DNA of 33,854 bases from Bacteroidales bacterium (GTDB lineage Bacteria; Bacteroidota; Bacteroidia; Bacteroidales; UBA7960), in contig SLSG01000177.1 of the NCBI GenBank assembly GCA_007130545.1, positions 1 through 33,854 on the forward strand. Reading direction: 5' to 3'. The notes under the pieces were generated by a model that saw only the letters and a program-made list of their open reading frames with translations, had not been told where the DNA came from and ran no database searches. Numbering within the stretch: position 1 is the first letter of the stretch; each line of letters starts with the position of its first letter. This document shows, piece by piece, positions 26,422-33,854 of the stretch. A program made the position numbers and the translations under genes.

Positions 26422-26429
26422 TATTTTTG
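26422..26429 (+). promoter_or_regulatory. Bacteroidota-type -7 promoter box (TATTTTTG)
   Basis: Exact TAnnTTTG match, 8 nt after the clpB stop codon and 21 nt before the TTG start at 26450. Confidence 0.45.
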
Positions 26430-26449
26430 GGGAAAATTCCCCCGGACCA

Positions 26450-27670
26450 TTGAATACACCGCTGTTTATTGCTCGTCGCCTGGGACATGTGAGGGACAAA
26501 AAAAGCTTTACCAGGCTTATCAGGTCCATTGCCATTTTAAGCATCGGCCTGAGCCTGGGCGTGATGATTATCTCCATCGCCGTGGTCACTGGTTTCCAGC
26601 GGGAGATCAGGGAGAAGGTCATAGGCTTCGGTTCCCATATTCAGATTACCCATTATGATTACAACCTGACGGCTGAATTCAGGCCGGTGGACAGCAATCC
26701 GGAATTCTTACCGGATTTGCTGGCCCTGGATGGTGTCCGGCATATACAGGTCTTCGCCACAAAGGCCGGCATCATACGCACCGGGGAAGACATCCACGGG
26801 ATTATTTTCAAAGGGGTTGGCAGCGATTTTGACTGGGACTATTTTCAACGACACCTGGTGGAAGGCAGCTTGCCTCAGTTGCATGACAGCGTCCGGTCGG
26901 ACCAGGTGATTATTTCCCGGTTTATTGCGCAGAGGTTACAGCTTAAAACCGGGGATGACCTGGTTATTTATTTCATACAGGACCCTCCCAGGGTGCGCAG
27001 GCTTGGGATTGGCGGCATCTATGAGACAGGACTGGAGGAGCTGGACAAGCTTTTCGTACTCGGGGATATCGGCCACATCCAAAGGCTGAACGATTGGAAT
27101 GTGGACCAGGTTGGAGGTCTGGAGATCCTGCTCAGTGATTTTAACCGGCTGGAGCAGGTTCACCAACAGGTGCTGGAGCGGATCCCCTATAACCTTGACG
27201 CCAGAAACATCCGGCAGATCTACCCCCAGATCTTTGACTGGCTGGCCCTGTTGGATATGAATGTTTATGTAATCCTTTTTCTGATGGTCCTGGTGGCAGG
27301 AATCAATATGATCACCACCCTTCTGATCTCCATACTGGAAAAAACCAGGCTGATCGGCATCCTGAAAGCCATGGGAGGCAGAAATCTTTTTATCCGCAAG
27401 GTTTTTCTGTACCATGCGGGAATGATCATCGGCTGGGGCCTATTGCTGGGCAACCTCCTGGGTATTCTGCTTTCCCTTACGCAAGCCAGGTTTGGACTGA
27501 TCAAACTTCCGCAGGAATCCTACTACGTCACAGAAGTGCCAATAAACCTTGAAATAACCCACTTGCTATTGCTAAACACAGGAACCTTTCTCCTGTGCAT
27601 GGGCATGCTGATAATCCCCTCCTTCATTGTTTCCCGGATCGACCCGGTAAAGGCGATAGAATTCAAATAA
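26450..27670 (+). CDS. FtsX-family ABC transporter permease (LolC/LolE-like)
   Basis: 406 aa from a TTG start. The N-terminus (M)NTPLFIARRLGHVRDKKSFTRLIRSIAILSIGLSLGVMIISIAVVTGF is typical of LolE-like permeases. It has a large periplasmic loop and a C-terminal FtsX domain (ILKAMGG...). No adjacent ATPase gene is present. Confidence 0.83.
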   Translation: MNTPLFIARRLGHVRDKKSFTRLIRSIAILSIGLSLGVMIISIAVVTGFQREIREKVIGFGSHIQITHYDYNLTAEFRPVDSNPEFLPDLLALDGVRHIQVFATKAGIIRTGEDIHGIIFKGVGSDFDWDYFQRHLVEGSLPQLHDSVRSDQVIISRFIAQRLQLKTGDDLVIYFIQDPPRVRRLGIGGIYETGLEELDKLFVLGDIGHIQRLNDWNVDQVGGLEILLSDFNRLEQVHQQVLERIPYNLDARNIRQIYPQIFDWLALLDMNVYVILFLMVLVAGINMITTLLISILEKTRLIGILKAMGGRNLFIRKVFLYHAGMIIGWGLLLGNLLGILLSLTQARFGLIKLPQESYYVTEVPINLEITHLLLLNTGTFLLCMGMLIIPSFIVSRIDPVKAIEFK

Positions 27671-27707
27671 GCATTGATTGTCCGGGGTCTGGCGGGGGGC
27701 CTGATTC

Positions 27708-28331
27708 TCAGAAAAGCAATCCGACACTTAGAATGGTCTGGCGGGGCCTGAGGTCAAAGTCCATGCGGGTCCCCATGATTGTGACCCCGTTACCCAGTCT
27801 GGTCAGGCTGCCTTCGTAACGCAGGTCGATCAGCAATGAACCGAATTTTATCCCCGCCCCAAGCTGAAAACCCACGGTGGTATCTTCCAGGTGTGGACGT
27901 TTTTCCAGCTGAATTGTGGAAGTATCCGAATGGTTTAGTAACAGGGAAAAAACCGGTCCTGCCCCCAGCCGCAGCGGACCAATAGAGATCCCTGCCAATA
28001 GAGGCATGCTAAGGTGCTGGTATTTCAGAAGATAGTAATCATCTTCATGTTCGAAACCGGAGATTTGCAGGTGCATATCCCGGCCGGTACTGACATAGAC
28101 CAATTCCGGCTGGAAGAAAAACCCCATGAATGACATCGAGGCCACAAATCCAATATGGTAACCTGAATACGTATCTCTCAGGAATGTAAGCCTTTCACCA
28201 TTGGCTGTGGCCACAATATCAGATGGCAAGCTGCTGAAATTCAATCCGCCTTTGAGTCCCGCCTGGAAGGGTCCGGCATCCGCAAGCAATGGGGACAGGA
28301 GGATAAGGAAAACAAGAATTGGCTTTTTCAT
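27708..28331 (-). CDS. Small outer-membrane beta-barrel protein (porin/OmpA-barrel-like family)
   Basis: 207 aa with the signal peptide MKKPILVFLILLSPLLADA. Alternating hydrophobic beta-strand patterns run throughout, and the protein ends in Phe (VGLLF), as is usual for OMPs. Confidence 0.72.
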   Translation of the reverse strand: MKKPILVFLILLSPLLADAGPFQAGLKGGLNFSSLPSDIVATANGERLTFLRDTYSGYHIGFVASMSFMGFFFQPELVYVSTGRDMHLQISGFEHEDDYYLLKYQHLSMPLLAGISIGPLRLGAGPVFSLLLNHSDTSTIQLEKRPHLEDTTVGFQLGAGIKFGSLLIDLRYEGSLTRLGNGVTIMGTRMDFDLRPRQTILSVGLLF

Positions 28332-28386
28332 GGCTGTGGTGGCTTTCTTAAATAAACTTGGTAACAGCCTGAATTATTTTACAAAT

Positions 28387-28414
28387 ACAAAAAAAGCCGG
28401 GTTTTTCCCGGCTT
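28387..28414 (-). terminator. Intrinsic terminator of the DUF349 gene
   Basis: On the minus strand the sequence reads AAGCCGGG-AAAAA-CCCGGCTT followed by a T-run (plus-strand A-run 28387-28395). It lies 18 nt downstream of the stop codon at 28432. Confidence 0.75.
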
Positions 28415-28431
28415 ATGGCAGATTTCACAGA

Positions 28432-30672
28432 TCAGGATTCCCGCAGAATCTTAAGCTTTTCCTCAAGCAAAGCGATCTCCTGTTTTCCCTTTTCGATCTT
28501 ATCCTCGAATTCTGCCTTCAGGATGTCTGCCTTTTTAGAGCTGGCAAAAAAGCCGATGTTGTTCTCCCAGATCTTGATATCTGACTGAATGGAGTTGATC
28601 TTATTGGTCAGGAAATTTCTTTCCTTATAAAGGATGTTGTCACTTTGTGGACTGCTTTTGATGTTCTCCACTTTTGAGCGGAAACTCAGGGTGCTTTTCG
28701 CCTTCTTGGAGATGTTAAGCACTTCAAATTGCTGATCGATGGCCTTCCGGAACTCGGTTTGTACCTTATCTTTCTGCTTGATGGGAACATGGCCTATGTC
28801 CATCCATTTCCGCTGAAATTCCTGAAGGACGTCCAGGTTTTTGGCATTGTCATCCGAGTACGCATGGGATTTAACCTGCTCAATCAATTCCAGTTTTTTC
28901 ACCAGATTCTCATCCTGTTTTTCCCCTATATTGGAAAAATGATCTGACTTTTTATTGAAGAATTCATCACAAGCAGCGCGGAATCGTTTCCAGATCTTAT
29001 CAGAGAATTTGGCAGGTACCGGACCGACCTTCTTCCATTCCTTTTGAAGGGAGATCAGTTCCTCAGTGGTGGCCTTCCAGTCTTCACTCTCCTTCAGGGC
29101 CTCGGCCTGCATGCACAGGTTCAGTTTCTGGTTGTAGTTCTCGGTCTGAATGTCCTTGTATTTCTTGAAGAATTCCTTCTTATTCCTGTAGAAAGCATCC
29201 AGGGACGAACGGAATCGGTTCCAAACCTCATTGTTCACTTTTTTGGGAGCAAAGCCAATGGTTTTCCACATCTTGAAAAGCTCATTGATCTCATTGGTTT
29301 GCTGTTGCCATTGCTTTGGTGAGGCAGGTGTTGTGGCGGCTACGAGCTCTGCTTTTTCGCAGAGCACCACCTTGGCTGCATAATTGTTATTCTGGTCATC
29401 GCGCAATGTATCATAATACTCCTGTCTGCGCTTGTTGAGCTTATCCGTGGCCGCTTTAAAACGATCCCAGATCTCGTCTTTCTTGTCTTTCGGAACGGGG
29501 CCGGTTTCCTTCCAGGCCTCATGAAGCTTCTGAAGTCGCTGAAAGGATTTAGTTATCGAGGATTCCAGCAGAAGCTCCTCTGCTTTTTCACACAATTCGG
29601 TTTTGGCCTCCAGGTTCTTTTTCAGGTCAAGGTCTTTCAGCTCTTTATTGATCTTGACCTTGTCAAAGAATTTCTCCACCAAAAAATGGTAATTGTTCCA
29701 AAGGGTTCCTTTGGCATTCTGGGGCACGGCACCAACATTACGCCATTCTTCCTGAAGGTCGCGGAAAAGGTCGTAGGTTTTCTTTAATTCCTCCTCTGAT
29801 TCAATCAGGCTTCGCAAATCCTCAAGTATGCGCTCCTTGACAGCAAGGTTTTCCTGTTTTTGTTGCTCCACCGCCTGGTCGAACAATGCCTTTTTTCCCC
29901 GGTAGATGGCAAATGCCTTGTCAAACCGTTCGGTCAGCGGATCCGCAGGAGCTTCGGGGGCCGCCTCCGGCTGTTCACCGGATTCGGGTTCCTCCGTATC
30001 GCCTTCCTCCTGAATACGTTTCTCAAAGTCCGCAATGCTTTCCTCCTTTATCAGTTTACGGAAAGCAGCCTTTACATAGCCAATATGGGTACGGATGTAG
30101 TTGACATCTTCCTCCATGATCAGGGCTTCGGCCACCTCCACAAGTTCCTCCTTCGAGAGGTCTGCATACTTTTCAGCAAGGTCTTCGTCCTTCTCCGCTT
30201 CCCGGGTTTTTTCTTTATGTGCCACTTCCTTTACTTCGGGCACAGGGGGCTCGGCTTTAGGGGCCGGAACCTCAGTTTCGGGTGCAATTGGTTCGGCTTC
30301 AGCCGCAGGAGCTTTGGCCTCAGGCGCGGGCTCGGCCTCGGGGGCCGGTGCCTCGGGCTCGGCCTCGGGCTCGGGCTCGGGGGCCGGTGCTTCGGATTCG
30401 GCCTCGGGGGCCGGTGCCTCGGGTTCGGCCTCGGGTGCCTCCGGAGCTTTATCAGATTCTTTGTCGGAAGTAGCCTTGGATTCCGACTTTTTGGCGGGGG
30501 TTTTCTTTTTTGGGGCGGGTGCCTCTACTTCGGCCGGCTCTTCCGCATTGGCTTTTTCCGCCTCAGGTTTTTCATCATTTTCGTTAAAGGAGGCCCCTTG
30601 GGGGTTCAGACGCTCCTCCGTTTGCCGGGAAAGATCTCCGGCATCCGGAGTAAGATGCTCTTTGTTTTCCAT
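28432..30672 (-). CDS. DUF349 repeat protein with a Pro/Glu/Ala-rich N-terminal region
   Basis: About 746 aa. The C-terminal 550 aa or so contain many copies of the DUF349-type helical repeat (W..F..A.D.F...K; for example IWDRFKAATDKLNKRRQEYY, VWNRFRSSLDAFYRNKKEFF, IWKRFRAACDEFFNKKSDHF). I prefer the ATG at 30672-30670. The extra leading 'M' in the track is a TTG codon at 30675. Confidence 0.8.
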   Translation of the reverse strand: MENKEHLTPDAGDLSRQTEERLNPQGASFNENDEKPEAEKANAEEPAEVEAPAPKKKTPAKKSESKATSDKESDKAPEAPEAEPEAPAPEAESEAPAPEPEPEAEPEAPAPEAEPAPEAKAPAAEAEPIAPETEVPAPKAEPPVPEVKEVAHKEKTREAEKDEDLAEKYADLSKEELVEVAEALIMEEDVNYIRTHIGYVKAAFRKLIKEESIADFEKRIQEEGDTEEPESGEQPEAAPEAPADPLTERFDKAFAIYRGKKALFDQAVEQQKQENLAVKERILEDLRSLIESEEELKKTYDLFRDLQEEWRNVGAVPQNAKGTLWNNYHFLVEKFFDKVKINKELKDLDLKKNLEAKTELCEKAEELLLESSITKSFQRLQKLHEAWKETGPVPKDKKDEIWDRFKAATDKLNKRRQEYYDTLRDDQNNNYAAKVVLCEKAELVAATTPASPKQWQQQTNEINELFKMWKTIGFAPKKVNNEVWNRFRSSLDAFYRNKKEFFKKYKDIQTENYNQKLNLCMQAEALKESEDWKATTEELISLQKEWKKVGPVPAKFSDKIWKRFRAACDEFFNKKSDHFSNIGEKQDENLVKKLELIEQVKSHAYSDDNAKNLDVLQEFQRKWMDIGHVPIKQKDKVQTEFRKAIDQQFEVLNISKKAKSTLSFRSKVENIKSSPQSDNILYKERNFLTNKINSIQSDIKIWENNIGFFASSKKADILKAEFEDKIEKGKQEIALLEEKLKILRES
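30235..30447 (-). repeat. Low-complexity GC-rich coding repeat (PEA/PAPE units) in the DUF349 gene
   Basis: The region encodes APEAPEAEPEAPAPEAESEAPAPEPEPEAEPEAPAPEAEPAPEAKAPAAEAEPIAPETEVPAPKAEPPVPE. On the plus strand it appears as iterated GGCTCGGCCTCGGG(GGCCGGTGCC) units. It is open in several frames, which produces the spurious track ORFs 29860..30702, 30101..30688 and 30282..30473. Confidence 0.85.
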
Positions 30673-30852
30673 CAAAAAAGAAAATTAAAAGTTACTAATT
30701 AAAGTTGAGGAAGAATGTCTGCGTTAAAATGCTGTTTTATAAATTATAGCATGACAACCATATTCCGGTTTGTTCCAGGTTCCAGTTTGCAAACCACAAA
30801 AATAAAAAATTATTTCGTGGCAATCGATGTTTTTCAGGAATAATCAGTGGGA

Positions 30853-33147
30853 CTACCGCAAGGGTTTGGGGTTGAATATCAGGTAGCCGAAATTAAAGGT
30901 GAATGAAAGTCTGTGTTCATTGCGGTCAAAATAGTTCAGTGTCAAGCCAAGCGGTCCGATCGGGGTATTCACGATGATGGCCGTTGAGATCAGCAAATAC
31001 CGGTTATCCAGCCTGGGACCCTGAAAGGCCCTGTTTTCTTCGTCCTCCAGAATCTCCCTGAAAGGCTGGAAAACATAGGGTTCCAAACGAAGGTCGATGT
31101 TTTCGGTGATGGAATATACGCCCTGAAAACCGACCACCAAAAAGGAATTGGCCCGGTACCTTGGCAGAAAAAGGGTCCGGCTCCCCGGCAGGTAGTCAAA
31201 ATGAGGAGCAGACAAAAGACTGCTTGTGTAGTTATTGAAAAAGGGCTTGCCCGAAAGGACCAGCTCCGAAAAAAAACCATATTTCATTGCCTGGTCCACG
31301 GAAAAGAAATTCTGATAAGTCGCCCTGAATTGTAACCAGTTATGGGTATCCCTGAACCTGGTGGTCAGGGTCGAAGTCGAACCCGGATTGTGCTGTTCCG
31401 TGCCGGTAACGAACCGTCCCAGCAACGATAGATAGGTTCCACGATTTGGATATTGCTTGCGGTTCAGGGTATTTCGCTCAAACTGAACAAACGGGCTGGC
31501 ATACCTGAATACAGTGCGGTCTGCTATGTCTGTCCTGCTGAACAAATTTGTCTGGTAGTAGTCGTCCCGGTTTCTGCCAGTCGTAAATCCCAGCTGAAAC
31601 TTGCCAGGGTATTTCGCCGGTACCCCCGCTCTGATATCCCAGTAATTCTGATTTTGCAAAATATAGGACGGATTGCGGTCCTGGAAAAAAGTGGTGGTGC
31701 TTCTGAAGTAGTCGTAATAGTTGAATGAACCTGTGGTTTTCAGGAAAACGGGTATGGGTAAGGCGAAGTCGATTCTTCCCTGGAGTTGGACGGCGGAGTA
31801 GAAGCGGCCGAAATGTGCACTGACACTGCCCATATAGGCCTGATAAGCCAGGTGTTTGTATTTTGCCTCTACAAATGCAAAGTTGACCGGCGAACTGGAA
31901 ACGTTGCCCCCGAACTGCAATTGCAGGTCCTTGTTCAGCCGCACATCCAGGTAGAGGTCATAATAACCGGTCTCAGGGTTGAACATGGCAGAGGGGTGGA
32001 TGGACTCTATGTGCTCCTCCGACAATAATTTAAAATATTCCGTTCGGATCTCCTCTATCGGCGTGGGCTGGCCCTGGTGAAGCAACACCCGGTTCAGGTA
32101 AGAGCGCTGTGCCTCGTTCAGTCCCCTGATCAGGATCCTGTCAAACACCATGGGCGGCTTTTTATCCAGAAAGGCCTGCCTTGCCGCCTCCCTTTCCGGG
32201 GCCGACACCTCCCGCTCTATCTGGGCTTTCAACTGCTCCAACTTGCGGGAAACTGCCACATATCCGCTGTCTACAAAGGAGGCAGACCTGGAAAAGTCAG
32301 TTACCCCTGTTTCGGGCAGCTGGGGCTTGACCACCAGCCCCATACCCTCTGGTATCTCGTAGTCTGTCTGGTAAACCAGCATGTTTTCGATGTGCGACCG
32401 TACATTGTCTTCGGTCGGTGGGGGAAAATTCGCTGAGACCACACTGCCCACAATGAAATCCGGGTCAAAGTCCGCAATCATCACGTCCACAGGAAAATTA
32501 TTGTAAATCCCACCGTCAAACAAAAGCCGCCCGTCCACACGAATGGGTCGGAACACAAATGGATAGGTCATGGATGCCCGGATGGCCGGGTACAGGTCTC
32601 CTGAATCAAACACCACGGCTTTTTTTTCCCAAATATCTGCAGCCACGCAACGAAAGGGAACGAAAAGCCTGTTAAAGTCCCCTCCCGACACCACAGTGGG
32701 CGCCGTCAGGTATTGCAGGCCTGCGAAGTCCATCTGTACCGGTGAAACCAGGTTGGTCGGCAAGCGGGGCTGCCAGATGGAGTCCACCCGGAAACGAAGG
32801 TTAATCCAGGAGGCATTCGGAGAGGGTTGCTTGTAGAAAAAGTGAAATTCCTCTTCAATGGTTCCCAGGGCCCAGTTCTGAAAATCCGGACTTGTAACGA
32901 TGGTCTCGATGCTGTCGGGCGAAAGCCCGCTGGCATACATCCCGCCAATGATGGCACCCATGCTGGTACCGGCTATATAGTCGATGGGGATATTGTAGGC
33001 TTCCAGGGCTTTCAGCACCCCCACATGGGCCACACCCTTGGCCCCGCCTCCGCTGAGTACCACACCAACACGCTGGGCTTCAGCCCCCGGGAGGCAAACC
33101 CAAAAAACCAAAATGAATAAGCCCAGGCGAAAAAAAAACCGATGCAT
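30853..33147 (-). CDS. Patatin-like phospholipase fused to a C-terminal outer-membrane beta-barrel (PlpD / type Vd-like architecture)
   Basis: 764 aa with the signal peptide MHRFFFRLGLFILVFWVCLPGAEAQ. Patatin motifs are present: GGGAKG (oxyanion hole), GTSMG (GxSxG) and DGG (catalytic Asp, in LLFDGGIYNNFP). The C-terminal 400 aa or so are rich in alternating aromatic/hydrophilic strands, consistent with an Omp85-like barrel. Confidence 0.86.
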   Translation of the reverse strand: MHRFFFRLGLFILVFWVCLPGAEAQRVGVVLSGGGAKGVAHVGVLKALEAYNIPIDYIAGTSMGAIIGGMYASGLSPDSIETIVTSPDFQNWALGTIEEEFHFFYKQPSPNASWINLRFRVDSIWQPRLPTNLVSPVQMDFAGLQYLTAPTVVSGGDFNRLFVPFRCVAADIWEKKAVVFDSGDLYPAIRASMTYPFVFRPIRVDGRLLFDGGIYNNFPVDVMIADFDPDFIVGSVVSANFPPPTEDNVRSHIENMLVYQTDYEIPEGMGLVVKPQLPETGVTDFSRSASFVDSGYVAVSRKLEQLKAQIEREVSAPEREAARQAFLDKKPPMVFDRILIRGLNEAQRSYLNRVLLHQGQPTPIEEIRTEYFKLLSEEHIESIHPSAMFNPETGYYDLYLDVRLNKDLQLQFGGNVSSSPVNFAFVEAKYKHLAYQAYMGSVSAHFGRFYSAVQLQGRIDFALPIPVFLKTTGSFNYYDYFRSTTTFFQDRNPSYILQNQNYWDIRAGVPAKYPGKFQLGFTTGRNRDDYYQTNLFSRTDIADRTVFRYASPFVQFERNTLNRKQYPNRGTYLSLLGRFVTGTEQHNPGSTSTLTTRFRDTHNWLQFRATYQNFFSVDQAMKYGFFSELVLSGKPFFNNYTSSLLSAPHFDYLPGSRTLFLPRYRANSFLVVGFQGVYSITENIDLRLEPYVFQPFREILEDEENRAFQGPRLDNRYLLISTAIIVNTPIGPLGLTLNYFDRNEHRLSFTFNFGYLIFNPKPLR

Positions 33148-33226
33148 CGCAAAGAAAAATACCTACCAGGTGCGGCCATTCCTTGGCCATTCCAAAGGTA
33201 CAGAATTCGCCTGATATTCCTGTAAA

Positions 33227-33854
33227 CTAAATTTGACTCAATGCCTGGGCCAGGTCATTGATCAGATCCTCCACATTTTCAATGCCGACCGACAGGCGCA
33301 CCAGTCCGTCAGTGATCCCGGCCCCTTCCCGATCCGGCTTTTCCAGTTTGGAATGGGTCATGGAGGCCGGATGCTGGATCAGGGTCTCCACCCCGCCCAG
33401 GGAAACAGCGAGCATGCATAACTTAACATGGTTCATCATGATCCTCCCGGCTTCAAGTCCGCCATTCAGCTCAAAGGCGATCATGGCACCCGGACCAGAC
33501 ATTTGTTTTTGGGCCAGGTCAAACTGCGGATGAGAAGGCAGACCCGGATACCGAACCCATTTCACCTGTGGGTGGTTCTCCAGAAAACGGGCGATCGACA
33601 TGGCATTTTCCTGGGAACGTTCCATACGGATGGCCAGGGTTTTCAACCCCCTGATCACCAAATAAGCCTGATGGGGGTCCATATTGCATCCCAGACTGAT
33701 CATCATCGGACGCAACTGATCGTACAAGGCTTGTTCCCTGGCCACCAGGATGCCCCCCACGATGTCCGCATGTCCGTTAAGGAACTTGGTAATGGAGTGA
33801 AAGACCACGTCAAATCCATGTTCCAGCGGCCTTTGCAAATAGGGGCTGCAAAAA
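33227..33854 (-). CDS. Cys/Met-metabolism PLP enzyme (cystathionine gamma-synthase / beta-lyase / methionine gamma-lyase family), C-terminal part
   Basis: The ORF is open to the right edge of the window: ...[32 protein letters not shown]... It contains the PLP-lysine motif S-x-T-K. The C-terminus ([10 protein letters not shown]...[14 protein letters not shown]) is characteristic of the family. The track start at 33838 is an internal Met. Confidence 0.88.
   Translation of the reverse strand, partial: FCSPYLQRPLEHGFDVVFHSITKFLNGHADIVGGILVAREQALYDQLRPMMISLGCNMDPHQAYLVIRGLKTLAIRMERSQENAMSIARFLENHPQVKWVRYPGLPSHPQFDLAQKQMSGPGAMIAFELNGGLEAGRIMMNHVKLCMLAVSLGGVETLIQHPASMTHSKLEKPDREGAGITDGLVRLSVGIENVEDLINDLAQALSQI

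Noticed and set aside
29860-30702. Plus-strand ORFs 29860..30702, 30101..30688 and 30282..30473 (Gly/Ser/Ala/Arg-rich)
   Set aside because: They are antisense to the PEA-rich low-complexity region of the DUF349 gene and are a compositional artefact.
30760-30800. Tandem GTTCCAG GTTCCAG and the 10-nt palindrome GTTTGCAAAC (30785-30794) between the patatin and DUF349 genes
   Set aside because: They are very short and compatible with chance or with ordinary promoter/terminator context. No supporting stem-loop with a T-run and no further copies were seen.
33171-33195. Tandem GGCCATTCC(TT/AA) x2 upstream of the patatin gene
   Set aside because: There are only two 9-11 nt copies, with no further structure or known motif, so the signal is too weak to call.
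1-33854. Search for mobile elements, CRISPR arrays, tRNA/rRNA genes, toxin-antitoxin pairs or a defence island
   Set aside because: No transposase, integrase or recombinase-like ORF was found. There are no regularly spaced repeats, no cloverleaf-capable conserved tRNA sequence in the short spacers and no abrupt compositional shift. All spacers are under 215 nt, and the gene content is housekeeping.

Overview
This 33.9-kb window looks like ordinary core chromosome from a Bacteroidota-type bacterium, moderately GC-rich by eye. The taxon call is an inference from three things: several TAnnTTTG '-7' promoter boxes just upstream of genes, no obvious Shine-Dalgarno sequences, and Bacteroidota-typical synteny (mutL-rhomboid-rhomboid, dnaE-trxA, rpsP-rimM, a DUF349 protein, a long-tailed S16). 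Coding density is high. I call 28 protein genes: a partial lipoprotein (absent from the ORF track), an RQC/HRDC protein, an EamA transporter, PBP1A, a Na+/solute symporter, a Spy/CpxP-like protein, a DUF6580-like membrane protein, a small tail-anchored protein, mutL, two rhomboids, uvrB, a cytoplasmic M23-like protein, an alpha-oxoamine synthase, a PAS-GAF-PAS sensor, DUF58, trxA, dnaE, rpsP, rimM, a DAACS symporter, clpB, a LolE/FtsX permease, a beta-barrel OMP, DUF349, a patatin/beta-barrel protein and a partial Cys/Met PLP enzyme. I found no tRNA, rRNA, CRISPR array, transposase, integrase, phage gene or recognisable defence island. I also could not identify a coherent novel multi-gene system, and I prefer to say so rather than invent one. 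The leads most worth a second look are: (1) a clpB gene that lacks the whole N-terminal Clp_N domain; (2) a membrane-anchored PAS-GAF-PAS sensor with no output domain, sitting in a same-strand dnaE-trxA-DUF58-sensor string where DUF58 has none of its usual MoxR/vWA partners; (3) a standalone RecQ C-terminal (RQC+HRDC) protein; (4) a signal-peptide-less M23-like protein 3 nt downstream of uvrB; (5) an SPT/CFAT-like alpha-oxoamine synthase, suggesting sphingolipid or sulfonolipid synthesis; (6) ribosomal protein S16 with a long tail containing seven 27-nt tandem repeats. All product calls come from motif recognition by eye. No database search or HMM was run.
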